Shown here one piece after another: positions 42,522-51,986 of a stretch of DNA of 64,000 nt. Below the pieces are notes generated by a model, which did not search any database, was not told where the DNA came from, and saw only the letters and a list, made by a program, of their open reading frames with translations. Every line of letters begins with the position of its first letter. Position 1 is the stretch's first letter. Origin of the DNA: a virus. Lineage: Duplodnaviria; Caudoviricetes. A program made the position numbers and the translations under genes. The DNA lies in the IMG/VR virus record IMGVR_UViG_3300044973_000253, positions 32,001 through 96,000 of that record. The stretch is one strand, 5' to 3'.

Positions 42522-44522
42522 TTATATCTGTTTTACCTTTATTGCGATATTGGTTGAAGGATATTTTATTTCAAACATCGAATCGTGGTCACAATACAAT
42601 ACCCCGTCAATAGCCTCCAAATCAATATTGTAATATTTTGCATCAACTCCAAGGGATACGCTTGGCTCCTTTATATCCGTAGAACAGATATTGGTCAATG
42701 ACGGATTCCCCTTTTCTGGCAATGTGCATTTATCACTTGAATAGCTTGCTCCACCCCATACATTATATACATCAAAAGTGATAATAGAGACCATACCATC
42801 AACACTTGTTATTTCCTTTTCCAAATCCCCAAGATAGATATCCTCTCCCATATCATGCTTTTCTATATCCATGTAATTCTTGATAACCGACATTACATTT
42901 TTAAGAACTTCCGAAGTGGTATAATTTTTATCTACAAAAACCTCCAATTCAAAATATAGATTATATATTTTTCCAGATCTGAATTCAAGATAATCATTTA
43001 TGCTCTTATAATGCGAAAGATATTCCACAGCATTGTTAACCAAAGTATTAGGAAGAATACTGTCCAGTTTGCCTTTTGAATCTATTCCCAATAACGAAAG
43101 TACAATCTTGTTGTTTTCCTCAAACACATCACTTCTGAAAGGGCAACCGTATCTTGGTGGCATATCCAGCAGTTTGGCCTTGTAATCCTTAACCGTCACA
43201 GCCCTGTTCTGGGAACTTAGATTATACCTCATCATCCACTTTATTTCATCCGTTGAAGGAACGTCTTTTCCTGCAACGGAATTGGACGTATTGGATACAG
43301 AGAACGACTGCGAAACCAATGTCCTTTTTGTGGCATCTGTTCCAGTGGCAGGTATTTCGGCATCAAGATTTTTTATCGTGTTAATTGAACCGCTTGCAAA
43401 ATTGGTTGTTGATCCATAAACCACATTATACAATATGAACATTGTCCATCCCTCTTTCGGTAGAACTCCCATCATATTGTTGTTCACCAACTTGGCCATA
43501 TCGAACTTTGTATAGTCATTGGCTTCCTCTGGAACGGTATCATATCTTACACCACTGCCAAAAACCACATTCAGATAACCGTTATCTGTGTATTCCGTTA
43601 CAAATTTCTGACTCAATGATTTCCATTGTCCTTTATATATTCTATATATAGGAGTTCCGCTGGCGGTATAATCAACATATTTGTCAACTATCTTATACAA
43701 ACCCTTCGCCTCGTCATTTCTGCTTGTCTCTGAACCAAATCTGAATTGATCTGCAAGTGAATCCGTTTCAAAATACCTGTATGTATTGATGGCTTCATCT
43801 TTTAATTGATATTCCTCCTCATCATAAAAATATTCAGATAAAGAAGGATTTTTTGAATAATCATTTGTCTCCTTGAATATTACAGACTCCACGCTTCCAA
43901 CATTCTGGTCTGGAAGTGTTATTGTCATAAAAGGCTCCAAATCAGAACTGTTTATTACTTTCTTGTATATCTTTCTTTGAATTCCGACCGCTATGACTGT
44001 TTTTGATACTGTATATGCAGTGATTCCCCCATTGGAATCCCTTGCTGGAACAAATTTTCTGTTATTGAATCCATCATGATTGAATTCTTCTGCAAAATTC
44101 ACATCCTCCTGTAATTCAAATGAATAGTTTCCACAAGCTACTGTGGTGTCCCGTTTGACATACGGAGCATATCTCCAATCAGGCTGTGACACTCCCTCCG
44201 TTGACAATGGCAGTCTGCAAGATATTTCAACCTGACATACAGATGCCTTGGCTCCTGGAACCTTAAATCCGTTCATTCTGGCTATATTCATAACCGAAGA
44301 ACGTGATTGGGTGGTATTGATATTTGTGTCCTGAAAAACCCTGTCTATATGATACGACAGGTCATCTCCGACAGCAGCAGCCAAATCTATAAACCATTGG
44401 CCGACAGATGCGTCATTGAAGGAATCTGTTATCTCAGGATAATACTTATTGCTGAATTGCAACAGCTCTGTCTCATAATCATCAAATGTCCTCGCTAAAT
44501 ATGATATTTTCTTTTCGCTCAT
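42522..44522 (-). CDS. baseplate wedge subunit (T4 gp6-like)
   Basis: SYLARTFDDY..DFN-like DASVG..IDL.A.VGD.LSY.ID and SQNRAVTVKDY motifs; adjacent to gp25. Confidence 0.8.
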   Translation of the reverse strand: MSEKKISYLARTFDDYETELLQFSNKYYPEITDSFNDASVGQWFIDLAAAVGDDLSYHIDRVFQDTNINTTQSRSSVMNIARMNGFKVPGAKASVCQVEISCRLPLSTEGVSQPDWRYAPYVKRDTTVACGNYSFELQEDVNFAEEFNHDGFNNRKFVPARDSNGGITAYTVSKTVIAVGIQRKIYKKVINSSDLEPFMTITLPDQNVGSVESVIFKETNDYSKNPSLSEYFYDEEEYQLKDEAINTYRYFETDSLADQFRFGSETSRNDEAKGLYKIVDKYVDYTASGTPIYRIYKGQWKSLSQKFVTEYTDNGYLNVVFGSGVRYDTVPEEANDYTKFDMAKLVNNNMMGVLPKEGWTMFILYNVVYGSTTNFASGSINTIKNLDAEIPATGTDATKRTLVSQSFSVSNTSNSVAGKDVPSTDEIKWMMRYNLSSQNRAVTVKDYKAKLLDMPPRYGCPFRSDVFEENNKIVLSLLGIDSKGKLDSILPNTLVNNAVEYLSHYKSINDYLEFRSGKIYNLYFELEVFVDKNYTTSEVLKNVMSVIKNYMDIEKHDMGEDIYLGDLEKEITSVDGMVSIITFDVYNVWGGASYSSDKCTLPEKGNPSLTNICSTDIKEPSVSLGVDAKYYNIDLEAIDGVLYCDHDSMFEIKYPSTNIAIKVKQI

Positions 44523-44540
44523 GTCTTATTGTATATTGGT

Positions 44541-44930
44541 TTAAATTGTTACTGCCACAGAATCATATACTGTAGTATTTCCTTCTTTAACTGTAAATGA
44601 AATCTTCACTATTACCTGAAAATCCTGACTGTCATCAGATACCACCTCAATGTTGTCGAGGGTGACATACGGAAGGAATAATGCAACCTCTTCTTTTATT
44701 TCTGTTTTTATAGCCTCCCAACTTTCCGAATCGTTCGGATTAAATATGAATCTTATCAAATCGGTACCGAATTCGGGATATCTTATTCTTTGCCCTTTTG
44801 GAGTAAACAACAGATGCAGAAGATCACTTCGTGTCTTGTCCTTTTTATTCAAATTAAGATCCACAAAGTATCCTTGGTCGTTATTGTTTTGAAAAGGGTA
44901 CTTGATACCCATATATTGACGCTTCGACAT
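44541..44930 (-). CDS. baseplate wedge/sheath initiator (GPW/gp25 family)
   Basis: LLHLLFTPKGQRIRYPEFGTDL..FIF.P motif. Confidence 0.85.
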   Translation of the reverse strand: MSKRQYMGIKYPFQNNNDQGYFVDLNLNKKDKTRSDLLHLLFTPKGQRIRYPEFGTDLIRFIFNPNDSESWEAIKTEIKEEVALFLPYVTLDNIEVVSDDSQDFQVIVKISFTVKEGNTTVYDSVAVTI

Positions 44931-44981
44931 ATTGATATGGCTTTATTAAAAAATAAATTCTTTTATATTAAATAGTAACAT

Positions 44982-45018
44982 AAAAAAAACGCAATATGAA
45001 TTTTTATCATATTACGTT
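44982..45018 (-). terminator. intrinsic terminator
   Basis: A8-CGcAATATGA..TCATATTaCG hairpin. Confidence 0.6.
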
Positions 45019-45089
45019 CTGTTATTACCCAAATTGTTTATTGTAGCATACAATTAATGTGATTTATGATTATCACAAATCACATTATG

Positions 45090-45476
45090 TTACATATTAA
45101 CTCCTGAATTTCTAATTTCCTCATCACTTATAGGTGCTGTTTTGAATACTTTAAAAGTGAATTGAGAGGCGTTTGTTTCGTCTGTAGTAATAGTATACTG
45201 AAAATATCCATCTCCATAAGACAAAGCATTCATATCAAAATCGACTCTATAGGTATCACTCAATTTTTTAATAAGTCCTTCTAATGATTCAGCCATGAGT
45301 GAATCATTCCAATTTGATTCGGTTTCCTCATCCCAATTTCCATCCTCATCTGAACTTAGCAGGCTAATAGATATACCTTTCAGCATATAACTTTCTTCAT
45401 TAGATTCTACAGCTTCGTTGACAGCGTGTCTGATTATTCTGTGGAGCTGTCCCTCCGTTAATTTTATTCTTCTCAT
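45090..45476 (-). CDS. leader-bearing cassette protein
   Basis: Leader MRRIKLTEGQLHRIIRHAVNEAVE followed by an acidic payload. Confidence 0.85.
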   Translation of the reverse strand: MRRIKLTEGQLHRIIRHAVNEAVESNEESYMLKGISISLLSSDEDGNWDEETESNWNDSLMAESLEGLIKKLSDTYRVDFDMNALSYGDGYFQYTITTDETNASQFTFKVFKTAPISDEEIRNSGVNM

Positions 45477-45612
45477 ATTGTTTTGTTATTTTACTGATAA
45501 ATATCTGCAAAATTTACATAACTTGCCCCCCCCGCAAATACCGTGCCAGACGTAAAATAATGTCAAAATATTTACACAAAAAAAGCGGAAAAACTGTTAC
45601 GTCTCTCCGCCT
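45477..45612 (-). repeat. cassette repeat copy
   Basis: Near-identical to 48474-48620 and 41054-41190. Confidence 0.9.
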
Positions 45613-45640
45613 TGTTTGTCATATCAAATATGAGAATGTG

Positions 45641-46015
45641 TTATTCATCTTCATCATCAACATAATAGCCTCTTCCACCATTTTCGTAGTTATATCTGCC
45701 ATAGAACTGATTGTCAACGTCTTTTTTATATTTAAAGTACTCTTTCTGTGCTTCTGGAGACATATCTCCTATTTTATTTCCATATTCTTTCTCAGCAAAA
45801 TAATGTGGATATTTTCTTTTCAAAGCATCATCGGATGCTTGGTCCAAAGACGCTAAGTCTTTGCAAGATCCCTTGCGATCTTTTGGATCCATTTGATCAT
45901 ATTTTTTCCGAGCAGCGTTTTCATACGTTTTCCAGTCAAGCTCGTTCAGTATTTGGTTGACAGATTCCCTTATTACATTGTGGAGCTGTCCCTCCGTTAG
46001 TCTTACTCTTCTCAT
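45641..46015 (-). CDS. leader-bearing cassette protein, LDWKTY...GGRGYY family
   Basis: Start MRRVRLTEGQLHNVIRESVNQILNE at 46015. Confidence 0.85.
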   Translation of the reverse strand: MRRVRLTEGQLHNVIRESVNQILNELDWKTYENAARKKYDQMDPKDRKGSCKDLASLDQASDDALKRKYPHYFAEKEYGNKIGDMSPEAQKEYFKYKKDVDNQFYGRYNYENGGRGYYVDDEDE

Positions 46016-46101
46016 ACTTTTCTTTTTATCTATAAATATCTGCAAAATTATGATAATTCGCCACCACCCTGCAAATACAGTGCCAGACGTGAAACAATGT
46101 T
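46016..46101 (-). repeat. cassette repeat, promoter half only
   Basis: Matches 41070-41140 and then breaks off after gaaacaatgtt. Confidence 0.85.
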
Positions 46102-46146
46102 AATTTGATTATCAATATTTTAATTATTATTAAATTCCAATGATTT

Positions 46147-47979
46147 TCAATATAAAATTCCCATGATTTTCAATTCATCAATAATGGATTTGTGAATATA
46201 TTTCTCATTAAGACAGTTTTTGGTTTTGTGTCTTTCTTCATTTGTCTGTATTCTTTTACCTGCAATCTCCTTTCCCTCCATATCATACAGATATCCTTCC
46301 GTGTCCATATAATAGGTATTTCCATTGATTGAAACGGAAGTGTATTTGTCCGAGAAATCATCCGCATTGTCAAACCATACATTACTGAATAAATGACCAT
46401 TCGGCCGTACAAAATTGAATTTACCGCCTTTGGTTACCCTTGCCAAACCATCCGAGAAAGATGTCGCTCCGTCAAACCAAGTGTCACATATAACATTGAA
46501 TTTATTGTCTATCAAATTATACTGATCATCATTGCTGATAACCGCAAACCCTTCCTTGAACGGCAGAGCATCATCAAACCAGTCATCTGTAACATATCTT
46601 CCCCGTCTGTCAAGATAATTGAATATTCCATCCATTTCGACCAGCGCATAACCATCCGAATAATTATCGGCATAATCAAACCATTCCTTACTTATCAGAC
46701 GATAGTTGGTATCAATAAAATTGTATTTGTTGTTCTGTTTCACTCTCGCATATCCATCAATAAAATCATTCATTCTGTCAAACCATTCCTGACTTACAAG
46801 CTGTCCTCTTGTATTGATGAAATTGTATTTGAAATCTTTTACGACCTCCGCATAATTACCTACAAAATCACCTATCTTGTCCATCCACATCGGAAGAACG
46901 ATTTTACCGTATCTGTTGACAAGAACCTTGTTGCTTTCCTCTTTTACCACATACAATCCATTACCTATGTTTTTGGCATTTGATATATCATACACTTTGT
47001 CTGCAAGTCCCTCAACTCGTGGTCTGCATACCTGATAGATATTCATACCCACCGTATCACACATATCCTTGTTATCAAAAGCGAACTCTCCTACAGAACA
47101 ATCATGATTCCATCTAAGCGTTTTGGACTGAAACAATCCGAATTCATTTACGCACAATGCAATCATACTTAAACCATATTCGTCATAAGGAAAATCTTTT
47201 CCATGCTGTTCTGGTATATTCTGATAACCATCTTTCAAAAAGAAATAAAACAGTCCTCCATTATAATTGGTATGTTTATCCCATTGGGCTTTGGTATGAG
47301 ATATGCACCATTTGCAATATGGAGCATACTTGCTGGCTTCTTCAAATGAGCTTATCTTGACGCATGTATACCCATTCCCAGAATACTGTATGTTTTGATG
47401 CTTCGCTTCTGTCTCCTTCTGATTGGCCATTATATCCGATGCGTACTTGTCCATAAACTGTCCCATATCCATAGACGATATGTCATTCAGCATATTTTCG
47501 TCTATCTTGTCAACTTTAAGATTGTTCATGAACATGGCTATCTTGTTTGCTTCTGGAACATACAGGTCTATTTTACCCTCCGCAAGTGTCCTAATCAGCA
47601 TATTGTTCATTGCCAGAATCAACGGCTGTCTGGCGGGGTCCTTTTTTACCAATGTCATATCCACTCCAAATGTTATATCTATTGCTTTTACCACAGAATA
47701 AACCCACTCGTTGATATGTGTTTCTGCTTCTCCAACAGTCGTTGAATCAATCGTTTCTATATATTTTTGTGCTGTAAGATGTGGTATATATGGACTGTTT
47801 ATATCTCTTAATAATTCTTCTTTGTCTTCTATTTGGCTGAATAAATCTATATATATGGGTGACAAGACCTGCTTTCTCGCTTTGTCTATTGCCTTGTCAA
47901 GAGAGTTTTCGGTCAACACGACTTTCCTGTTCTCTCTCAATAACATCCTTACCAGTATATTGTTTATATTCATTTCCAT
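46147..47979 (-). CDS. WG-repeat protein with an N-terminal WCI-type domain
   Basis: About six ~36-aa repeats (F..G.A.V....K.N.I...G.....WFD). Probable start MEMNINNI, downstream of TATTTATA at 47999-48006. Confidence 0.85.
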   Translation of the reverse strand: MEMNINNILVRMLLRENRKVVLTENSLDKAIDKARKQVLSPIYIDLFSQIEDKEELLRDINSPYIPHLTAQKYIETIDSTTVGEAETHINEWVYSVVKAIDITFGVDMTLVKKDPARQPLILAMNNMLIRTLAEGKIDLYVPEANKIAMFMNNLKVDKIDENMLNDISSMDMGQFMDKYASDIMANQKETEAKHQNIQYSGNGYTCVKISSFEEASKYAPYCKWCISHTKAQWDKHTNYNGGLFYFFLKDGYQNIPEQHGKDFPYDEYGLSMIALCVNEFGLFQSKTLRWNHDCSVGEFAFDNKDMCDTVGMNIYQVCRPRVEGLADKVYDISNAKNIGNGLYVVKEESNKVLVNRYGKIVLPMWMDKIGDFVGNYAEVVKDFKYNFINTRGQLVSQEWFDRMNDFIDGYARVKQNNKYNFIDTNYRLISKEWFDYADNYSDGYALVEMDGIFNYLDRRGRYVTDDWFDDALPFKEGFAVISNDDQYNLIDNKFNVICDTWFDGATSFSDGLARVTKGGKFNFVRPNGHLFSNVWFDNADDFSDKYTSVSINGNTYYMDTEGYLYDMEGKEIAGKRIQTNEERHKTKNCLNEKYIHKSIIDELKIMGILY

Positions 47980-48029
47980 TATAATTCTTTCTTTTAGATA
48001 TAAATAGATTAATGTAGTGTAATAATGAA

Positions 48030-48070
48030 AACACAAAAAAGCGAAAAAACTGTTACGTTCTTCCGCTTTT
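48030..48070 (-). terminator. cassette repeat, terminator half only
   Basis: acacaaaaaagcgaaaaaactgttacgttcttccgctttt. Confidence 0.8.
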
Positions 48071-48101
48071 TACTGTTTATGACATAAAATATGAGATTAA
48101 A

Positions 48102-48473
48102 TTATTCTTCATCGTCAAGATAATATCCTCTTCCTCCCTTTTCGTATTTGTATCTTCCATTCATTTGATTATCCCATTCCTTATCGTGTGCATCATACTC
48201 TTCCTGTTCTTCTGGAGTGAGTGGTTCATGTGTATTACCTAAAATCTTATGCTCTGCAGAGTTTAAATGTGGATATTTTCTATATTCAGCTTCAATAGCT
48301 GCATCATTTAAAGGCCAAAATTTTCTGTCTAATTCATCCCTATCCTTTATTCGTTGACATCTTTTGTTAGCAGCATTATCATACGTTTTCCAGTCAAGCT
48401 CGTTTAGTATCTGGCTGACAGATTCTCTAATTACATTATGGAGCTGTCCCTCCGTTAGTCTTACTCTTCTCAT
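48102..48473 (-). CDS. leader-bearing cassette protein, LDWKTY...GGRGYY family
   Basis: 123-aa ORF with the conserved leader and C-terminus. Confidence 0.85.
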   Translation of the reverse strand: MRRVRLTEGQLHNVIRESVSQILNELDWKTYDNAANKRCQRIKDRDELDRKFWPLNDAAIEAEYRKYPHLNSAEHKILGNTHEPLTPEEQEEYDAHDKEWDNQMNGRYKYEKGGRGYYLDDEE

Positions 48474-48620
48474 ATTGTTTTGTTATTTTACTGATAAATA
48501 TCTGCAAAATTTACATAATTTACCCCCTCCCCCGCAAATACCGTGCCAGACGTAAAACAATGTTAAAATATTTACACAAAAAAAAAGCGGAAAAACTGTT
48601 ATGTTCATCCGCTTTTTTTT
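48474..48620 (-). repeat. cassette repeat copy
   Basis: Full promoter+terminator unit. Confidence 0.9.
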
Positions 48621-48642
48621 ATTCTATAAAATATGATATGTA

Positions 48643-49008
48643 TTAGTATTCGTCAAGATAATATCCTCTTCCGCCCTTTTCATATTTGTATTTATAACAA
48701 TTATGAAAATCTTTCTCGAATGCAGCATACTCTTCCTGTTCTTCTGGAGTAAGTGGTTCATAAGATTCCAGCTTATTAAATACAGATTTTAAATGTGGAT
48801 ATTTTCTAAATACAGCTTTAGAAGATGCGCTCATTAAAGGACTTACTTCTCTGCTAAATTCATCTGAATCGTCTGGATTCTTCATTTAATCATCTTTTTT
48901 TCGAGCAGCACTTGCATACGTTTTCCAATCCAGTTCGTTCAATATCTGGTTGACAGATTCCCTTATTACATTGTGGAGCTGTCCCTCCGTTAGTCTTACT
49001 CTTCTCAT
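48643..49008 (-). pseudogene. cassette protein with an in-frame TAA at 48886-48888
   Basis: Leader ...AARKKDD*MKNP.. is in frame; paralog 45641 has CAA (Q) at this position. Confidence 0.8.
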
Positions 49009-49142
49009 ACTTTTCTTTTTACTGATAAATATCTGCAAAATTTACATAAATCTCCACCACCCAGAAAAGACCGTACCAGACGTGAAACAATGTCAAAATA
49101 TTTACATAAAAAAGCGGAAAAACTGTTACGTTCATCCGCTTG
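49009..49142 (-). repeat. cassette repeat copy (diverged)
   Basis: Same layout as the other copies, with substitutions in the TGGCAC..TTGC box. Confidence 0.85.
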
Positions 49143-49170
49143 ATTGTATTCTATACAATATGAGATTGTG

Positions 49171-49554
49171 TTAGTCCTCATCGTCAAGATAATAGCCTCT
49201 TCCGCCCTTTTCGTATTTGTATTTGCCATGGTCCTGATCTATATATTCCTTCACGTATGTATCTAATTCCTCCTGTTCTTCTGGAGTGAGTGATTCATGT
49301 GGATAGGTTGTCTTCTTCTTCAATATATCTCCTAAATTTGGATATTTTCTATCTATATTCTGATATCTGGCTAATTTTAATGGATAAACACGTTCCATCA
49401 CTTCATCATAGGGAATACCCATATCAAGCAGTTTTAAGGATTTTTTTCTACTTGCGTTATCATACGTTTTCCAATCAATCTCGTTCAATATCTGGCTGAC
49501 AGATTCCCTTATTACATGATGGAGCTGTTCCTCCGTTAATCTTATTCTTCTCAT
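49171..49554 (-). CDS. leader-bearing cassette protein, LDWKTY...GGRGYY family
   Basis: Start MRRIRLTEEQLHHVIRESVSQILNE at 49554. Confidence 0.85.
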   Translation of the reverse strand: MRRIRLTEEQLHHVIRESVSQILNEIDWKTYDNASRKKSLKLLDMGIPYDEVMERVYPLKLARYQNIDRKYPNLGDILKKKTTYPHESLTPEEQEELDTYVKEYIDQDHGKYKYEKGGRGYYLDDED

Positions 49555-49691
49555 ACTTTTATTTCTTTTTACTGATAAATATCTGCAAAATTTACATAAT
49601 TTGCTTCCACCCCAAAAATACCGTTCCAAACGTAAAACAATCTCAAAACAAATGCACAAAAAAGCGGAAAAACTGTTACGTTCCTCCGCTT
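49555..49691 (-). repeat. cassette repeat copy; its hairpin terminates nrdD
   Basis: Same layout; aagcggaaaaactgttacgttcctccgctt. Confidence 0.85.
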
Positions 49692-49721
49692 CCTTATTAA
49701 AACAAATCAAACAAGTAAAAA

Positions 49722-51827
49722 TCAAACATCAGCATAGTATCTCTTTGCTGCCTCTTTCTGTCTTGCAGAAGAAAAATTGCTAACTCGCTTTATATATCCG
49801 ATAACACGGGTAATATAATCAACATTCTCACTTCCGCATTTAGGACATTTTTTCAAATATCGTTTATCAATCGTTCCACAATCATTACATATCGTATTAG
49901 GAATATTGAAAGTGAAATAATTGCATCCCTCTTTTGCTGCCACTTTAAGCAACTGCTTGTATTGTTCAAATGACAAGTGTTCATCAAGATTGCAATGCAA
50001 TGCCGAACCTCCAGTAAGATGCTCTATGTATTTTTTGCCGTGTAATTTAAACTTATCTATAACATTGGTATTTTCATCCTCAACAATATAGAAATAGCTG
50101 TTATAACAATCACGAGGGACAAAATAGCCATCCTCCTTATCCCATTTTGCATGTTTAACTCCAACATTTTCTGCAGGAATCATTTCGCAGTTGAACATGA
50201 CCTCCTTTGTTCTATATTTCTTATTATACGTTTCAACCAATCCAAGTATCGACTGTACATAAGAACTGTATTCATCACAATCCTTTATTGGAATCTGCAA
50301 GAATTCGGCACCCTCTACCAGTCCGTTAACTCCTATTGTCAGATACTGTCGGTTTATATTTATATATCCAGCATCAAACAGAGGAAGCATTCCTTTCTTT
50401 AGCAATTCCTTCAGATTTTCATTATATGCCAATTGGACCTTATGTACAAGATCAACAATTTCCTCCAAAAAAGACATATAGGTCTTTCCATGTTTGACTG
50501 CATATTGTATACATCTATTCAGGTTGATTGTAAGAACGCTTTTTGAGCCAGTAGAAACGCCTCCCGCTCCAAGAGTGTAGCTAAACCCATTATTCTGTAT
50601 CTCGTTTCTTAAACGGCAACAGGAACTAAGGGAATCGGCTTTGTCGCTCATATATGTAAAGAACGAATGTCCCTCTGCGTACATCTCTGCAGTAAAGTCT
50701 CCATACTCCTTATCCTTTGGTTCACCATTATCAGACAATAACGCCATTGATTCCACAGGAAACGTCAATACGGTTTTGGTCCGTTCTGCATTAAACCATT
50801 TCATGAATCTCTTTTGCAACCAGCTTAAAGAATCCCAAACAGGAGCTGTTCCGTCTGGAAACTTGAAATCACCGAAAATACTTTGGAAATAATATCTGTC
50901 ATAATAAGCTACATTCCAAAATACAGCCTGGAAATTTCTTGCTCCCGTAGGCTGATTTAATGAATAAACAACCTGCTCAAAACAATCAGAAATAACTTTG
51001 TCTATACTTCTCTTTCTGACAGACAAATCAACCACCTCATCAGAACGCTTGTAATAATCCTCTCCATACTCCTTTCTTATGAAATAATCCATATAAAGGA
51101 AGAATTCGGGTGTCGAACAAGCACCACTCAGCATAGAAGAAACCATAAATACCATATTGATGAACCCACCGCAGAATGATTTCAGATTGGTTGGTTTGGT
51201 TGAGTTTCCGCCTATAGATGCCGTTCCTCCCAACAGCCATGGATACATTGTGATACTGGCGCAATAATTGGCAAGATTGGTCTCATCATTCTTGTATATG
51301 AAATGATTGGTAAGCAGATATACATATCTGTCTGCCAATTCTTTTCCATACATTTGTTCAATTCTATTTACCAGAATTTTTCTATTAAGTCTAATGAAAT
51401 TTGATTTTGGAAGTTCACCCACCAATGTTGCGATATTCTTGTTCTCAACATTGGCATTGGCATCATATTTACTTCCCGTGGCAGGATTCTCCGCATTACA
51501 ATAATTCATCATGAAGTTAAGTTTGTCAAGAACCTCCCTGTCCTCATTATGCTGATATCTATACAGCATAAATTTCTTCCCAACCTCATAATAATTTTTA
51601 CACAGGAATGACTCTATATTGTCCTGAATATTCTCAACAGAAATAATTCCTTTCTGTTTGGAATAATTAATCATGATGTAATTTATTACCTCATCAGGTA
51701 CTTTGTCTTTCCCTGTTGATTCAAAAGCTTTTTCAACTGCATTGATAATTCTCTTGATGTCGAACTTTGCAAAAGTTCCGTCTCTTTTTTTGACTTTTGC
51801 CACTGCTGTTTCTATCTGTTCATTCAT
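49722..51827 (-). CDS. nrdD: anaerobic ribonucleoside-triphosphate reductase (class III)
   Basis: ATP cone (VKKRDG), SSCCRL, C-terminal CNDC/CPKC Zn site and glycyl-radical motif RVIGY. Confidence 0.95.
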   Translation of the reverse strand: MNEQIETAVAKVKKRDGTFAKFDIKRIINAVEKAFESTGKDKVPDEVINYIMINYSKQKGIISVENIQDNIESFLCKNYYEVGKKFMLYRYQHNEDREVLDKLNFMMNYCNAENPATGSKYDANANVENKNIATLVGELPKSNFIRLNRKILVNRIEQMYGKELADRYVYLLTNHFIYKNDETNLANYCASITMYPWLLGGTASIGGNSTKPTNLKSFCGGFINMVFMVSSMLSGACSTPEFFLYMDYFIRKEYGEDYYKRSDEVVDLSVRKRSIDKVISDCFEQVVYSLNQPTGARNFQAVFWNVAYYDRYYFQSIFGDFKFPDGTAPVWDSLSWLQKRFMKWFNAERTKTVLTFPVESMALLSDNGEPKDKEYGDFTAEMYAEGHSFFTYMSDKADSLSSCCRLRNEIQNNGFSYTLGAGGVSTGSKSVLTINLNRCIQYAVKHGKTYMSFLEEIVDLVHKVQLAYNENLKELLKKGMLPLFDAGYININRQYLTIGVNGLVEGAEFLQIPIKDCDEYSSYVQSILGLVETYNKKYRTKEVMFNCEMIPAENVGVKHAKWDKEDGYFVPRDCYNSYFYIVEDENTNVIDKFKLHGKKYIEHLTGGSALHCNLDEHLSFEQYKQLLKVAAKEGCNYFTFNIPNTICNDCGTIDKRYLKKCPKCGSENVDYITRVIGYIKRVSNFSSARQKEAAKRYYADV

Positions 51828-51986
51828 ATAAATTTATTTTATTTAATACAGGAATCATTCCTGCAAAATATAAATATTGATTCTTGTCATTTTAAAATTC
51901 GATAAAAATGTTACACTTTTTTTAAAAGGTACAAAACTATTATTTTCAGAACTTTAGTATGAAAAAAAATTATGTAACTTTTAAAA

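Noticed and set aside
45641-49554. Diversity-generating retroelement
   Set aside because: No reverse transcriptase in the window, and paralog differences include indels and are not adenine-restricted.
45477-49691. Integron attC cassette array
   Set aside because: No RYYYAAC/GTTRRRY ends at the stem bases and no integrase in the window. The hairpins have U-tracts typical of terminators, and the cassettes carry their own promoters.
49005-49725. Upstream-extended starts (41143, 46045, 48036, 49725) and ORF 49005-49229
   Set aside because: They translate the non-coding repeat or promoter; paralog alignment places the true starts at the MRR/MEM leaders.
49722-51827. nrdD lacking an adjacent nrdG
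   Set aside because: The activase may lie elsewhere in the genome or be supplied by the host; this cannot be assessed from the window.
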